From Macrostomum lignano (taxonomy: Eukaryota), in contig NIVC01003642.1 of the NCBI GenBank assembly GCA_002269645.1, forward strand, positions 1-64,000: a DNA stretch of 64,000 nt, given 5' to 3'. The first letter of the stretch is position 1. Every line of letters begins with the position of its first letter. Made by a program: the position numbers and the translations under genes. The notes below the pieces were generated by a model. That model did no database searches and had not been told where the DNA came from. It saw only the letters and a list, made by a program, of their open reading frames with translations. Positions 1 to 14,100 of the stretch are shown here, one piece after another.

Positions 1-95
1 CCACAGTCCTACCCTGCCAACCCACAGTCCTACCTGCCCAACCACACAGTCCTACCCCTCCCCAACCCCACAGTCCTACCCTGCCCAACCCACAT
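1..95. repeat. Minisatellite ~21-22 bp (CCACAGTCCTACCCTGCCAAC), truncated by window edge
   Basis: Direct tandem copies. Confidence 0.85.
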
Positions 96-2484
96 TAAAA
101 CTCCTAACCGCTGAAAATATCAAAGCAAACTCACTTTTCTCTCACTCGCACTATAAACCCTCATTAAAGTCAAAAACCACTTCCATTCCAACGGAAAAAG
201 TTTTAATTACATGTAGTCGTACCTTTTAGCGAGGGAAATCCATATGCAGAATTCGATCGAGCTCAAATATTGCTTTAATTACACTACAAACGTTTAACTG
301 CATGAGCAGATCCCAAATTGTTGATGAATTGTTACTTTAAAACCACTGGGACCAAAACCTTATGTACTTGTACCGCATTCGCAATAATATTGCTGCTAAA
401 CATGTTCCATTATGGCGTGAACTTGAATTGATTCATAAATTTGTTGTTGAAATTCGGCCCCATAGTTCATTACACTCCTAAATTACATGGAGTAGTGTTA
501 CACTCCTTTTGTTAGACTAGACAAGTTTGGCTAGTCCAAAATTGCACAAAAAATGTCTATAATTCCCATCTCTTGTGTCCAGTTTTTTCAAATTTAACAA
601 TCTTCTTTGGCATTCGAATCCGCCTTCATAAAAATCGCTTCGGTGAATTGAAATTCTTAAAGACTGACCTCAATTCTTACTACTCGAGATGTTCTACATG
701 TACAATAGTTATTTAAACTTTTAACCTTTGTTTACATAAATTATAACCTACCTCAAGCAGTGTCAGTCCTTAACCCCATTTGTTGGTTTAATTTTATAAA
801 CATAAAATTAAAATGCGGAGCTTATGTACGTGCTTTTGTGCATCGATCTGCTTTTATTGATTTTCATCCTGTTATTACGTAGTTTAGGAAAGGATCGTGG
901 CTTTCAAATATTTTTGACGGTACATTACTTGCTTCAATCAATTTGAATTTCTTTACTACAAACTGGCTCTTTACTCATAAAATAATTTTTCTTGGATACT
1001 GTCGAGGATTAACCTTTAGACTCTTTTTATTGAGAAAAAATCGATGGACAATCAAACTAACAAGCAAATATCGTTACATTCAAATTTTTGAACCCGACCT
1101 TAATAACTTTAATTTTAGCGTGTACACTGTACGAGCGAATACACGAGGTGATCAATGCGTAGCAAAAATGAATATTTTCGTTGTCAATGTCATCCTTGGT
1201 ATAAAAAAGTTAACTAACTTGACATGTTAATTTCTTTCAAATCCGCAGGAAAAAAACTAGCCATTGTCGACTTACATTTAAGAGCTGATATTCTGGACGC
1301 AAGTTGGAGGTATAAATTTTAAACAGCACGTCTATTTCATATCACTGTACACTACGAGCGTACGTAAATACACGTAGAATTGGCATTTGGTAGCCAGTAT
1401 CCATGAAATACATGAGGGTACGTTTTGACGACGTTTGAAAAAGAGGGTTTGCATATTAGATACCTTTTTTCTGAAGCAATTACTGAATAGAATTTGATAA
1501 TTGATTTTCGCGCATTCATGATTCAACTAATGTTGTTTTTTCTTAAAATTGTTTCCAATCTAATGTCCAATTGTTTAAAATTCACGTGATGCCTTAATCA
1601 TAAGTCTCTGTACAAGACAAAAGCCTTAAAGTCTAAAAAATTAATATAATTCGTTGATTTTGTATTTCTACGATTTGTACTATAATTTATAATGTTCTTA
1701 GTCATAATTTTTCTAAAATCGATCGCGCACACATGCACACACATACCGACAAACCATTTTTATTGAATGATAGATGAGATCAAATTTCGGAAGTATTTTT
1801 AATGCAATCAAATGTGCAGTAATTTAATGCTTTAAATTACATTGTCAATATGCAGTGTGACTTTTTCGGTCGAAATTCAGTAACTGAAATTTCAATAATC
1901 ATATATTTATATAAATTTAGCCGGCAGGCGGCAGCTACATGTAGTATGCATTATATTGAAAATGTTGTTTTCTTTCGCAGGTTGCCACGATAATAAAAAA
2001 CGGTTTAAACAAAGTATACAGAAAAAAATTAAGAACAGCTTAAGCTAAGGACGACTTTATGCATTTTTATTTTGTATAATTAGTAATAAAGTTTCTGACG
2101 CTTGCATATAATGCTACGGACACTGACGCGTTGGCTTCAAATGGGCCTTCAATGCTTCCTTTTATATTTCGCGTCTTTTTGAAATTTATTTGAAATAAAA
2201 AAATGATTTTTAAACAATACAATACATAACGAATCGGTGTCCACTGATCGTCCTTGGTTATTCAGTTGTACCTAGTAAGCACTGCGTATTGATCTAAGCC
2301 ATCAGATCGGATCGGCTCTAGACTATAGCAGAACCTCTGAAGTGTCTCATTGGTTGGGTTAGATTGCATTAGCTACAGCCTACAATGCTTGATTTACGTT
2401 TCCAATTTATAAGTCTATGACGCAATATGTTTTATATTTAACTTGAAAACCGTACTGAGTTACAGCCGATGTACCATTTTAAGC

Positions 2485-5400
2485 ATGGAAACATTACGTA
2501 GAATTTTTGGGCTTCGAAAGGAAACCAGTCCTTCAGATATCAAAAAGAGTGGCATTGAATGTATTGTTCAATGTCTAGACGAAGGAAAAGCAACTATTAA
2601 TTTACCTGTAAGTCATTTTCTTTGATACATGGCCCTATTAAAGTTATGTTGAATTCCATATGTGGTTCTTAGCTTTTTGAGTCAGTAGCCGAGCTGTTTT
2701 TTCTACTTTAGATATTTTAGACATTTGAATGATTGTGTCCTAGAAATATAATAAATTATTTATTATATTTAATTTCCAACATTAGAATTAAAATTATAAT
2801 TTGATAAAAAATCAAGGCTAGTTAATATAGTTTTCCTGTGGTATAAGTTAAATATAGGTAAATTAAGGACATTAGCCTAAATTTTAAAATGAAGAGATAT
2901 ATTTTATTAAAGTAGTAGGAAAAACTATTTTTAGATAATTTATACTTCATTTAAAAATAATTATAAAATAAAATTCTTCAAATATACAAGGTATACTTCC
3001 ATGTGTTCTATAGCAACTAATGAGTTTTAAGTATTATGAATTGTTTTATTATTTTATTAGAGTATCTATTATAACTTTCATCTTTTTGACAGAAAACATG
3101 CCTTGCCAGTGAGCTCTATGATAGAGTCTACAAAGAGCTAGACTTCCAATGTGAACATGACTATTTTGCTTTGCAATTCACGGACTTTCATGGCATCAGG
3201 CATTGGCTAGATCCAACTAAAGAGTTACGGCGCCAGATTAATAAGCGAATGCGTGAGTTTTGCTTCTTGACTTACCTTATCTATTGCTAATAATATAGCA
3301 AATTGTAATTTAAACATTTTATTACCTAAACCAGAATATATACTAGCTATATGAATGTGGAAAGGCAAAATAATTCAAAACTAAATAGTTTTGACCTAGT
3401 TTTTGATTGCCTATGACCAAAGCTATCCTTGACCCAAATTGTCCATGACCCAAACTTTCCATGACCCAAACTATCCATGACCAAAACTATCCATGACCTA
3501 AACTATCCATGACTAAAACTATCCATGACCCACCCAAACTTTCCATGACCAAAGCTATCCATGATCCAAATTGTCCATGACCCAAACTGTCTTTGACCCA
3601 AACTATCCATGACCCACCCAAACAGTCCATGACCGAAACTGTCCATGACCCAAACTTTCCATGACACAAACTATCCATGACCAAAACTGTCCATGACCCA
3701 AACTATCCATGACCCAAACAGTCCATGACCCAAACTATTCATGACCCAAACTGTCCATGACCCAAACTTTCCATGACCCAAACTATCCATGACCAAAACT
3801 ATCCATGACCCACCCAAACTTTCCATGACCAAAGCTGTCCATGACCCAAACTTTCCATGACCAAAGCTGTCCATGATCCAAATTGTCCATGACCCAAACT
3901 GTCCATGACCCAAACTATCCATGACCGAAACAGTCCATGACCCAAACTGTCCATGACCCAAACCAGTCCTATCAAAATGGGGCATCAAAGGGCAATCAAA
4001 GTAATATTTGCATAAGTTACCACACTGTTTTAGCTGGTCCTCCGTTCACATTCCGCTTTCTGGTAAAGTTCTATTCTAGCAAGCCGGACAACTATTTGAA
4101 AGAAGAGCTGACTCGGTGAGATAATGTGTATAAATTGTATAAATAAATATCTAGTTACATTTTGTCACTCATGGACATGGTATATTAAAAACCTGCCGAC
4201 TTTTCCCCAGCTACTTGTTTGTCCTGCAACTGCGTTCGGATATTCGAGATGGCCGGCTTGTTTGCCGAGACGAGGCCAAGGCGGCCGAACTAGCGGCTCT
4301 GGTTATACAAGGTGAAGCCCTGCTGCCAGGGTATAGTAGCTGGGAGTGCTTGAGTGGAGGACTGAAGTGTTTTTGGGTTGGTAAAAGTACTCTTTAAGGA
4401 TTATTATTATTAGCAAAAGTACACTGAATTTTTTATTTAGCAAGAGTTTATTTAAGTGCTGCGCGTCAGTAAAATTATACCGAAAGCCTAGATAATTAAA
4501 TAAAGTACACTGAAGGTCTGAAGGATTAGCAAAAGTACACTGAAAGTCTGGAGGCTTAGCAAAAGTACACTGAAAGTCTGGAGGATTAGAAAAAGTACAC
4601 CGAAAGTCTGGAGGCTTAAGCAAAAGTACACTGAAAGTCTGGAGGATTAGCAAAAGTACACTGAAAGTCTGGAGGTTTATTTAAAGTACATTGAAATTCT
4701 GATGGATTAGAAAAGTACACTGAAAGTCTGGAGGCTTAGCAAAAGTACACTGAAAGTCAGGAGGTTTATTTAAAGTACATTGAAAGTCTGATGGATTAGA
4801 AAAGTACACTGAAAGTCTGGAGGTTTATTTAAAGTACATTGAAAGTCTGATGGATTAGAAAAGTACACTGAAAGTCTGGAGGCTTATTTAAAGTACATTG
4901 AAAGTCTGATGGATTAGAAAAGTACACTGAAAGTCTGGAGGCTTAGCTACGAGTAAAATACAATAAGAGACGCCGGCTACCAAAAGTACTCTAAAGATCT
5001 GGGGGTAGCATATAAGTAACACTAAAAGTGTACGGGAGCTAGCAAAAGTACGAGTACACCAGAGAATCGGGGGTACATCAGTAACCAAATGTAATCCAAT
5101 TTAAGTCTAATGTAACCAAATGTAACCAAGCGCTGCTTAACCAATCCCAAATGTAAGAAATAACCTTTCCGCTCCCATTCGCAGCGGAAGAGGACGACTA
5201 CGACCCCCTGAGACACACGCCCGGCTTCGTGTCTCAGTTCAAATTCCTGCCAGACCGACAACAGACAGAAGCGTTCGAGCTGCGAGTGCTGGACGAGTAC
5301 AGGAAGCTGGCGTGAGTGGCTCTTTGCCTTATCAGCTGTTTGTACATATCTGAAATTGGTTCTGTTTATTTACTGTCTTCAAATCTGTTTTTAGTAACAG

Positions 5401-8400
5401 AAACCTATCGCCGGCCCTGTGCGAGCGGATGTACCTGAGTAAAGTGAAGAACTGGGAGAACTATGGAGTCGATATGCACACTGTTTCGGTTAGTAACTCA
5501 TTGCTCACTACATTGTTTATTTCGTTTTAATTCGTTTGTTTTATAGTTACATTTTTATCAGTGAGTTATGGGCTATTCCACAATTTAGTCATGAACTGTT
5601 CCATAATTGAGTCATGAACTTTTCCATAATTGAGTCATGGACTGTTCCATAATTGAGTCATGAACTGTTCCATAATTGAGTCATGAACTTTTCCATAGTT
5701 GAGTCATTAACTGCTCCATAATTGAGTCATTAACTGCTCCATAATTGAGTCATGAACTGTTCCATAATTGAGCCATGAACTGTTCCATAATTGAGTCATT
5801 GACTTCCATAATTGAGTCATTGACTGTTCCATAATTGAGTCCTGGGGTGTTCCATAATTGAGTCATGAACTTTTCCATAATTGAGTCATGGACTGTTCCA
5901 TAATTGAGTCATGAACTGTTCCATAATTGAGTCATGAACTGTTCCATAATTGAGTCATTAACTGTTCCATAATTGAGTCATGAACTTTTCCATAATTGAG
6001 TCATTAACTGCTCCATAATTGAGTCATTAACTGCTCCATAATTGAGTCATGAACTTTTCCATAATTGAGTCATGAACTGTTCCATAATTGAGTCATTGAC
6101 TGTTCCATAATTGAGTCCTGGGGTGTTCCATAATTGAGTCCTGGGGTGTTCCATAATTGAGTCATGAACTTTTCCATAATTGAGTCATGGACTGTTCCAT
6201 AATTGAGTCATGAACTGTTCCATAATTGAGTCATGAACTGTTCCATAATTGAGTCATGAACTGTTCCATAATTGAGTCATGAACTTTTCCATAATTGAGT
6301 CATTAACTGCTCCATAATTGAGTCATTAACTGCTCCATAATTGAGTCATGAACTGTTCCATAATTGAGTCATGAACTGTTCCATAATTGAGTCATTGACT
6401 GTTCCATAATTGAGTCCTGGGGTGTTCCATAATTGAGTCATGGACTGTTCCATAATTGAGTCCTAGGGTGTTCCATAATTGAGTGATGAACTGTTCCATA
6501 GTTGAGTCATGGATTGTTTTATTAACCAACCTGTGTGTTTTATGAGCGAATTTCCAGTGAGCCGACACTTTCCTGGAAAATGCCGGTCTAAAGTGTAACC
6601 CTAACCCAACTTTATAGCACGTAAAGCGCAATTGCTGCAAAAATTCAGTAACGAGTTAAAAAAACTCAGGCCTTTCTCAGAACTGTCTAACCGTCTTATA
6701 TTTTGCGTACATCTGTCTGTCTGCCAGCTGCTAATCTCTTATCTCTGTTGGCAAAAGGTGTCTCTTTTTTGTAGAATAAAAAAACTAACACTGATACGTT
6801 TGCACACGCGCTCTCCTTGGACGAAAGCAGTGCAGTCAGTTTTATTTCGGTCGTTTTGTCCCCTCACGAATTCTGTTCTTGTTTGTGTCGTAATTTTTCG
6901 GCAGTTGTGAAAAAGCAGTTTCAACGGGCTTCTTCTGGCCTCTTCTGAATCTGTTAATACTGTAAAAGGCATGAAATAAACTCGTAATTCTACGAAGTCT
7001 TACTTCGTAAAGGATTGTAGCTTAGTGAGGGGGTTGTAGCCTAGTGAGGGGATTGTAGCCTAGTGAGGGGTTGTAGCCTAGTGAGGGGTTGTAGCCTAGT
7101 GAGGGGTTGTAGCCTAGTGAGGGGGTTGTAGCCTAGTGAGGGGATTGTAGCCTAGTGAGGGGGTTGTAGCCTAGTGAGGGGATTGTAGCCTAGTGAGGGG
7201 TTGTAGCCTAGTGAGGGGTTGTAGCCTAGTGAGGGGTTGTAGCCTAGTGAGGGGGTTGTAGCCTAGTGAGAGGGTTGTAGCCTAGTGAGGGGGTTGTAGC
7301 CTAGTGAGAGGGTTGTAGCCTAGTGAGGGGGTTGTAGCCTAGTGAGGGGTTGTAGCCTAGTGAGGGGTTGTAGCCTAGTGAGGGGTTGTAGCCTAGTGAG
7401 AGGGTTGTAGCCTAGTGAGGGGGTTGTAGCCTAGTGAGAGGGTTGTAGCCTAGTGAGGGGTTGTAGCCTAGTGAGGGGGTTGTAGCCTAGTGAGAGGGTT
7501 GTAGCCTAGTGAGGGGGTTGTAGCCTAGTGAGAGGGTTGTAGCCTAGTGAGGGGGTTGTAGCCTAGTGAGGGGTTGTAGCCTAGTGAGGGGGTTGTAGCC
7601 TAGTGAGGGGTTGTAGCCTAGTGAGGGGTTGTAGCCTAGTGAGGGGTTGTAGCCTAGTGAGGGGGTTGTAGCCTAGTGAGGGAGTTGTAGCCTAGTGAGA
7701 GGGTTGTAGCCTAGTGAGGGGGTTGTAGCCTAGTGAGAGGGTTGTAGCCTAGTGAGGGGTTGTAGCCTAGTGAGGGGGTTGTAGCCTAGTGAGAGGGTTG
7801 TAGCCTAGTGAGGGGGTTGTAGCCTAGTGAGAGGGTTGTAGCCTAGTGAGGGGTTGTAGCCTAGTGAGAGGGTTGTAGCCTAGTGAGAGGGTTGTAGCCT
7901 AGTGAGGGGGTTGTAGCCTAGTGAGGGGATTGTAGCCTAGTGAGGGGTTGTAGCCTAGTGAGGGGTTGTAGCCTAGTGAGTGGGTTGTAGCCTAGTGAGG
8001 GGGTTGTAGCCTAGTGAGAGGGTTGTAGCCTAGTGAGGGGGTTGTAGCCTAGTGAGAGGGTTGTAGCCTAGTGAGAGGGTTGTAGCCTAGTGAGGGGTTG
8101 TAGCCTAGTGAGAGGGTTGTAGCCTAGTGAGAGGGTTGTAGCCTAGTGAGGGGGTTGTAGCCTAGTGAGGGGGTTGTAGCCTAGTGAGGGGGTTGTAGCC
8201 TAGTGAGAGGGTTGTAGCCTAGTGAGGGGGTTGTAGCCTAGTGAGGGGTTGTAGCCTAGTGAGGGGGTTGTAGCCTAGTGAGGGGATTGTAGCCTAGTGA
8301 GGGGGTTGTAGCCTAGTGAGGGGGTTTTAGCCTAGTGAGGGGGTTGTAGCCTAGTGAGAGGGTTGTAGCCTAGTGAGGGAGTTGTAGCCTAGTGAGAGGT

Positions 8401-11123
8401 TGTAGCCTAGTGAGGGGTTGTAGCCTAGTGAGGGGGTTGTAGCCTAGTGAGGGGTTGTAGCCTAGTGAGGGGGTTGTAGCCTAGTGAGAGGGTTGTAGCC
8501 TAGTGAGGGGTTGTAGCCTAGTGAGGGGTTGTAGCCTAGTGAGGGGTTGTAGCCTAGTGAGGGGTTGTAGCCTAGTGAGGGGTTGTAGCCTAGTGAGGGG
8601 TTGTAGCCTAGTGAGAGGGTTGTAGCTTAGTGAGGGGTTGTAGCCTAGTGAGGGGGTTGTAGCCTAGTGAGGGGTTGTAGCCTAGTGAGGGGTTGTAGCC
8701 TAGTGAGAGGGTTGTAGCCTAGTGAGGGGGTTGTAGCCTAGTGAGGGGGTTGTAGCCTAGTGAGAGGTTGTCGGGGGGGGTTGTCGTGCGATTCACAGGC
8801 ATGAGGGCCAACCCCAAAGGCACAGAGATGTACATGCCTTACGATTAGAAAGTCAGGGCTGCTATACACACTGTGTAAGCATGTGTATCAGTGCGTGCTT
8901 GTGTACAGTATTGGCGCGCTTGTACGTTCTCAGGAGTCAGCGGAACGGGCAGAATTGCTGTCCCAGAATTGGGCCTCCTGAGATTACTGTTCCGGGTATA
9001 TTATTCCTTATCTGATCCCATATCGATCCTCATTATCTGATCCCCTATCGATCCCCATTATTTGATCCCATATCGATCCTCATTATCTGATCCCCTATCG
9101 ATCCCCATTATTTGATCCCATATCGATCCACATTATCTGATCCCATATCGATTTCTATTTTATTAATTTGTGATCCTTAAATCTAAGTTATATGAATTAT
9201 GGTATCTGTGTATTGAGGCAGCTCTATCATTCAGCCACAAAATGTCCGAATCAACAGGGCAAGGACGGTCGCACTTATCACCTGGGCCTCACACCTGCCG
9301 GCATTTTGGTTTACGATAGGCAAGAAAAAATTGGACTATTCTTCTGGTGAGCAGACAATTTGCAATGCTTTTTAATGCACTTTTACGCCAAATTAATTAA
9401 TTTTTAGTCCTTCTTGTTAAACCTTTATTCAATATTTTTATTTGCTCCGCTTCTAGGCCGCGGATTATCAAGATCGATTTCAATCGGAGTAAACTGAAAA
9501 TTGTGGTCACCGAGGACGACAATCAGGTTGGATTTCGCTTTCAGTTTGACATTCCTCAGGATTATGGCTTACTGTTCGAAGAATCTTCTTTGAAGCATTT
9601 ATTATTTGCTCTAATCCTCATTTGAGGTATTTAATCCCCTCAAATCCTCATTTGAGGCATTTAATTCATTGTAATCCTCATTTGAAGCATTTAATCATCT
9701 CTCTAATCCTCATTTTTAGGCATTTAATCCCCTCTAATCCTCATTTGAGGCATTAAATCCCCCCTAATCCTCATTTGAGGCATTTAATTCATTGTAATCC
9801 TCATTTGAAGCATTTAATCATCTCTCTAATCCTCATTTTTAGGCATTTAATCTCCTCTAATCCTCGATCTAAGCATTTAATTCCTGCCATTCCTCAGTTA
9901 AAGCATTTAATCCCCCCTATCCCACTAATATCAGTAAGCGTCTCCCACCCGCAGGGAGCCCAGCAAGATCACGTGTTTGTATTCAACCTGGCCGACACGC
10001 AGTCCTGCAAGCACCTGTGGCGCTGCGCTGTTGAGCACCATTCGTTCTTTCGCCTAGTTGAGACCCGGGCGCCGCCAACCAAAGCCAAGCAGCTGCTGCG
10101 AATGCGGTCCAGGTTCTACCACAGCTTCCGCACCGAGTCCGGCCTGGTCAGGGAGCGCCAGTTCGGCACCAGCCAGCGCCGGTCGGCCAGATTCGAACGG
10201 CGACCGTCGACGCGGCACAGCACCAGGCCCAGCTTTGCCAGGGCCGACGCTGAGAGGCGATTCGCCAGGGCGCAGGAGCGGCAGGAGGCCAAGTTGGCCA
10301 CGCTGGAGCGGGTCAAGGCCGAGGAGGACGGGTGAGCGGCGGCGGGGAGAGGGTGAAGCTGACGGGGTGACTGGATGACAGGGTGAAGCTGACAGGATGA
10401 CAGGGTGAAGCTGACAGGATGACAGGGTGAAGCTGACAGGATGACAGGGTGAAGCTGACGGGGTGACTGGATGACAGGGTGAAGCTGACAGGATGACAGG
10501 GTGAAGCTGTCAGGATGACAGGGTGAAGCTGACAGGATGACAGGGTGAAGCTGACAGGATGACAGGGTGAAGCTGGCGGGGTGACTGGATGACAGGGTGA
10601 AGCTGACAGGATGACAGGGTGAAGCTGGCGGGGTGACTGGATGACAGGGTGAAGCTGACAGGATGACAGGGTGAAGCTGACAGGATGACAGGGTGAAGCT
10701 GACAGGATGACAGGGTGAAGCTGACGGGGTGACAGAGTGAAGCTGGCGGGGTGACTGGATGACAGGGTGAAGCTGACAGGATGACAGGGTGAAGCTGACA
10801 GGATGACAGGGTGAAGCTGACAGGATGACAGGGTGAAGCTGACAGGATGACAGGGTGAAGCTGACAGGATGACAGGGTGGAGCTGACAGGATGACAGGGT
10901 GAAGCTGACACAGGTCTCAGACTCTTTCATGCACAAAGTAACTTTGTTTGCTTTTGTCTTATCGAAGAAGAATTTAAACTGCAGCAGCATTGGCATGATT
11001 TCATTTAATTTTATTGAACTGGTTTCAGTTAGTACGACTAATTGAACTCTACCGTAGAACCGCGTGTGTACACAATAATTATGCAACTTCTCTGCTTGAC
11101 CAGCAAGTTTTTTGTTTTATTTG

Positions 11124-11180
<57 letters not shown>

Positions 11181-14100
11181 TTTGTTGCCGTCAGGCGCAG
11201 GATTTTCTCAGATTTAATTGCATAAAAGCAGAAAAGAAAAGAAAAAGAAAAAAGTGAGAAAAATGCGTGTATAAGCAATAGAAATTCTTTGCTGGCAATC
11301 ATAAACTATGCTGTGTTACGGGGGGGGGGGTTCTGTCCGAAAGAGGCCAGCATTTGCAGTCGTTTTTAGACTCAATTTCTGTGCAGTCCCTGTGCTAAGG
11401 AAAAGTTATTTATTTAAAAGCATTTGCGAATACCTATACTGACCTCGTTGCAGCTTTCTCGTTAGCCAATATCGAAGAGCCCAACGCGTTCAGTGAGTCG
11501 TTTATACATGCACTACTTGCAGTAGCTGCAGATCTACAGGTTGCGCATATTTTATCCAGATATAAATATACTTGTAAAAGTTGTTGCTTGCTAAAATCGA
11601 GGATCAGCTAACTGAACTTTTTTTGCTATTAAAAATTAAAATATTCTTTAGATCAACTTGGTGGCCGTAGCCTAGTGGTCTAGCACGGCGCTTTGATGTG
11701 CCAGCGGCCCAGGCTCGATTCCAAGTGCAGTCGCATTAATTTAGGGAATCTCGGCTTGGCTCTGCTTGTGCAATTAACTCCCTTGAGGCCAACCCCCAAG
11801 GCGCAGTGAAGTGTACATGCCTAACGATAAATAAAGTTAGGGCCGCTGTACACTCCTGTGTGAGTGTGTGCCTGCGTACGTATCCGCGCGCTTGCATGCC
11901 TGCTCAGGGGAGTCGGCGGAATGGGCAGTAATGCCTCTCGCCGGTTGTGTGACAATGTCGCTTAAATGCGTCAGGGTGCACACAGCCCCTGCCTCTAATA
12001 CGAGTACTAAGTACTTTAAAAAAGAACAAATTTGGCTTTCTTTTTCTAATATTTTGTGACCTGTGGAGACTTTATTCGACTTTTAAACTTCCTCTGTGTG
12101 CAAGTGGAAAGGGTTTCGGTCGCTTCAGATTCTCTGTTTGGGGCTCCCTGGCGTATAAAAATCCTACTGAAGTGCTCTAATTTAAATAAATCGAATGCAT
12201 GCTCATGGCATACTACTGCGCTAGTATTTTATCAACAGTAGCAAGTATTGGATTTATATTTTAACTTTATAATCTTACTTTTAATTTACTGATGAAGCAA
12301 TTTACTGACAAAGCTCACCATATGTAAAACTCAATGTACTACTTATTATGTCTCACAAGTAACCAATTTGGATTCCAATGTCTCGGAAATTGGATTATAA
12401 ACATCGCTGTTAAAAAAATTAATCCGAAACAAAAATAACTGTTTTTTCTAGACAAGCTCCTATGTCTGCCGCGGTGCATCAGCAGCTTCAGCAGCAGTTT
12501 CGTCAGGAATCCGAGCGTACATGTATTAAAACAACTGCAATGGTTTCGCCACAGCCCCGTGGTGAGAGTCTTATCAGTATAAATGCTGCTTTTACTTCAG
12601 TGTATTTTAGAGGCAATTATGTATAAGAAGAGTAATGCTTCTTCAACTGGTCGCATCATTAGGGAATTGAGCCAAGGGATTAAGCTATTGTGCGTACATT
12701 AGGGTAAGGGATTGAGCCATTGTGCGTACATTAGGGTAAGGGATTGAGCCATTGTGCGTACATTAGGGTAAGGGATTGAGCCATTGTGCGTACATTAGGG
12801 TAAGGGATTGAGCCATTGTGCGTACATTAGAGTAAGGAATTCCGAGATGAGTCACTTCTTTAGTTAATTAAAATGACTATAATTTTTTAAGCTACTTACA
12901 GTAGCTCGTATCATTGCCGCACGCATCCCAGATCCTTCATCGGCGGAAGCTGCATCAGTGGAGCCGGCGGCGGCTGGAGCATCGGCCAGTCGGCAGGCAG
13001 TGCGAAGTAACCCGGACAGAGAGCAGAAAGCCGAGTCTGAATCTACAGTGCTGGTCAGGTGAGGACAGATCCGGGATTGTGAAGCTTGGGGATTGTGAAG
13101 CTTGGGGATTGTGAAGCTTGGGGATTGTGAAGCTTGGGGATTGTGAAGCTTGGGGATTGTGAAGATTGAGGATTGTGTAGCTTGGGAATTGTGAAGCTTG
13201 GGGATTGTGAAGCTTGAGGATTGTGAAGCTTGAGGATTGTGTAGCTTGGGGATTGTGAAGATTGAGGATTGTGAAGCTTGGGGATTGTGAAGCTTGGGGA
13301 TTGTGAAGCTTGGGGATTGTGAAGCTTGGGGATTGTGAAGCTTGGGGATTGTGAAGCTTGGTTATTTTGTGAAGCTATTTGAGGCTTTTTTGAAGCTTCA
13401 GATTCTTGAACTATTAATATTTATATTCGTAAATCTTTATTATTTTGACTCTTAGTCTTTCAAATACCTACCTATATTACAGCAGCAATAACAAAAGCAA
13501 CAGAAGCAGCACCAGCAGCAGTTCCAGCAGCGCTAGCGACAGCGACAGCGGCAGTGAAAGCGAGAGCGAAGAGAAAAAGCCGCTAACGTCTCTTGAGCCA
13601 AAGAATTCGAGTTCTGCACCTAGCAGGTATGAATGTACTTTATGGTTTATTGAATAATTTTTTATATTCATTTATAGGTAGGCTAATTAAACTTACATGT
13701 AAATGTGGCAGATTTTGCTAGTCACTCTAACCTTCAAATGACCCCTCCTTTGTTCTTCTAACATATATGAACTGTTAGAAGCGCTGCCTGACGCGACAGA
13801 ATAGTCTTAATTGTAAGTATAACTGTTTGGTAATTCTGAGTCAGTTATTTAGGGGTAGCGGCATGTGCTGCAGTTGATAGATATAAGTCTGTACTAATCC
13901 TACTAGATGACTGTGTTTAACTTGCCAGGGTAAAAAATTTTGCATGCCATTTAAGTAAGTATGGAATCAGATACTGCAGTCATAATATCTGTTGTTAAAA
14001 AGTCTGTAGATTGTAATTAAAAGTTTTTTATTTCAATTCACGTTTCATACTACTAACTTGAATGGGATGTGCGTATGTACGCTTGATTTTAGAAGTTTGA

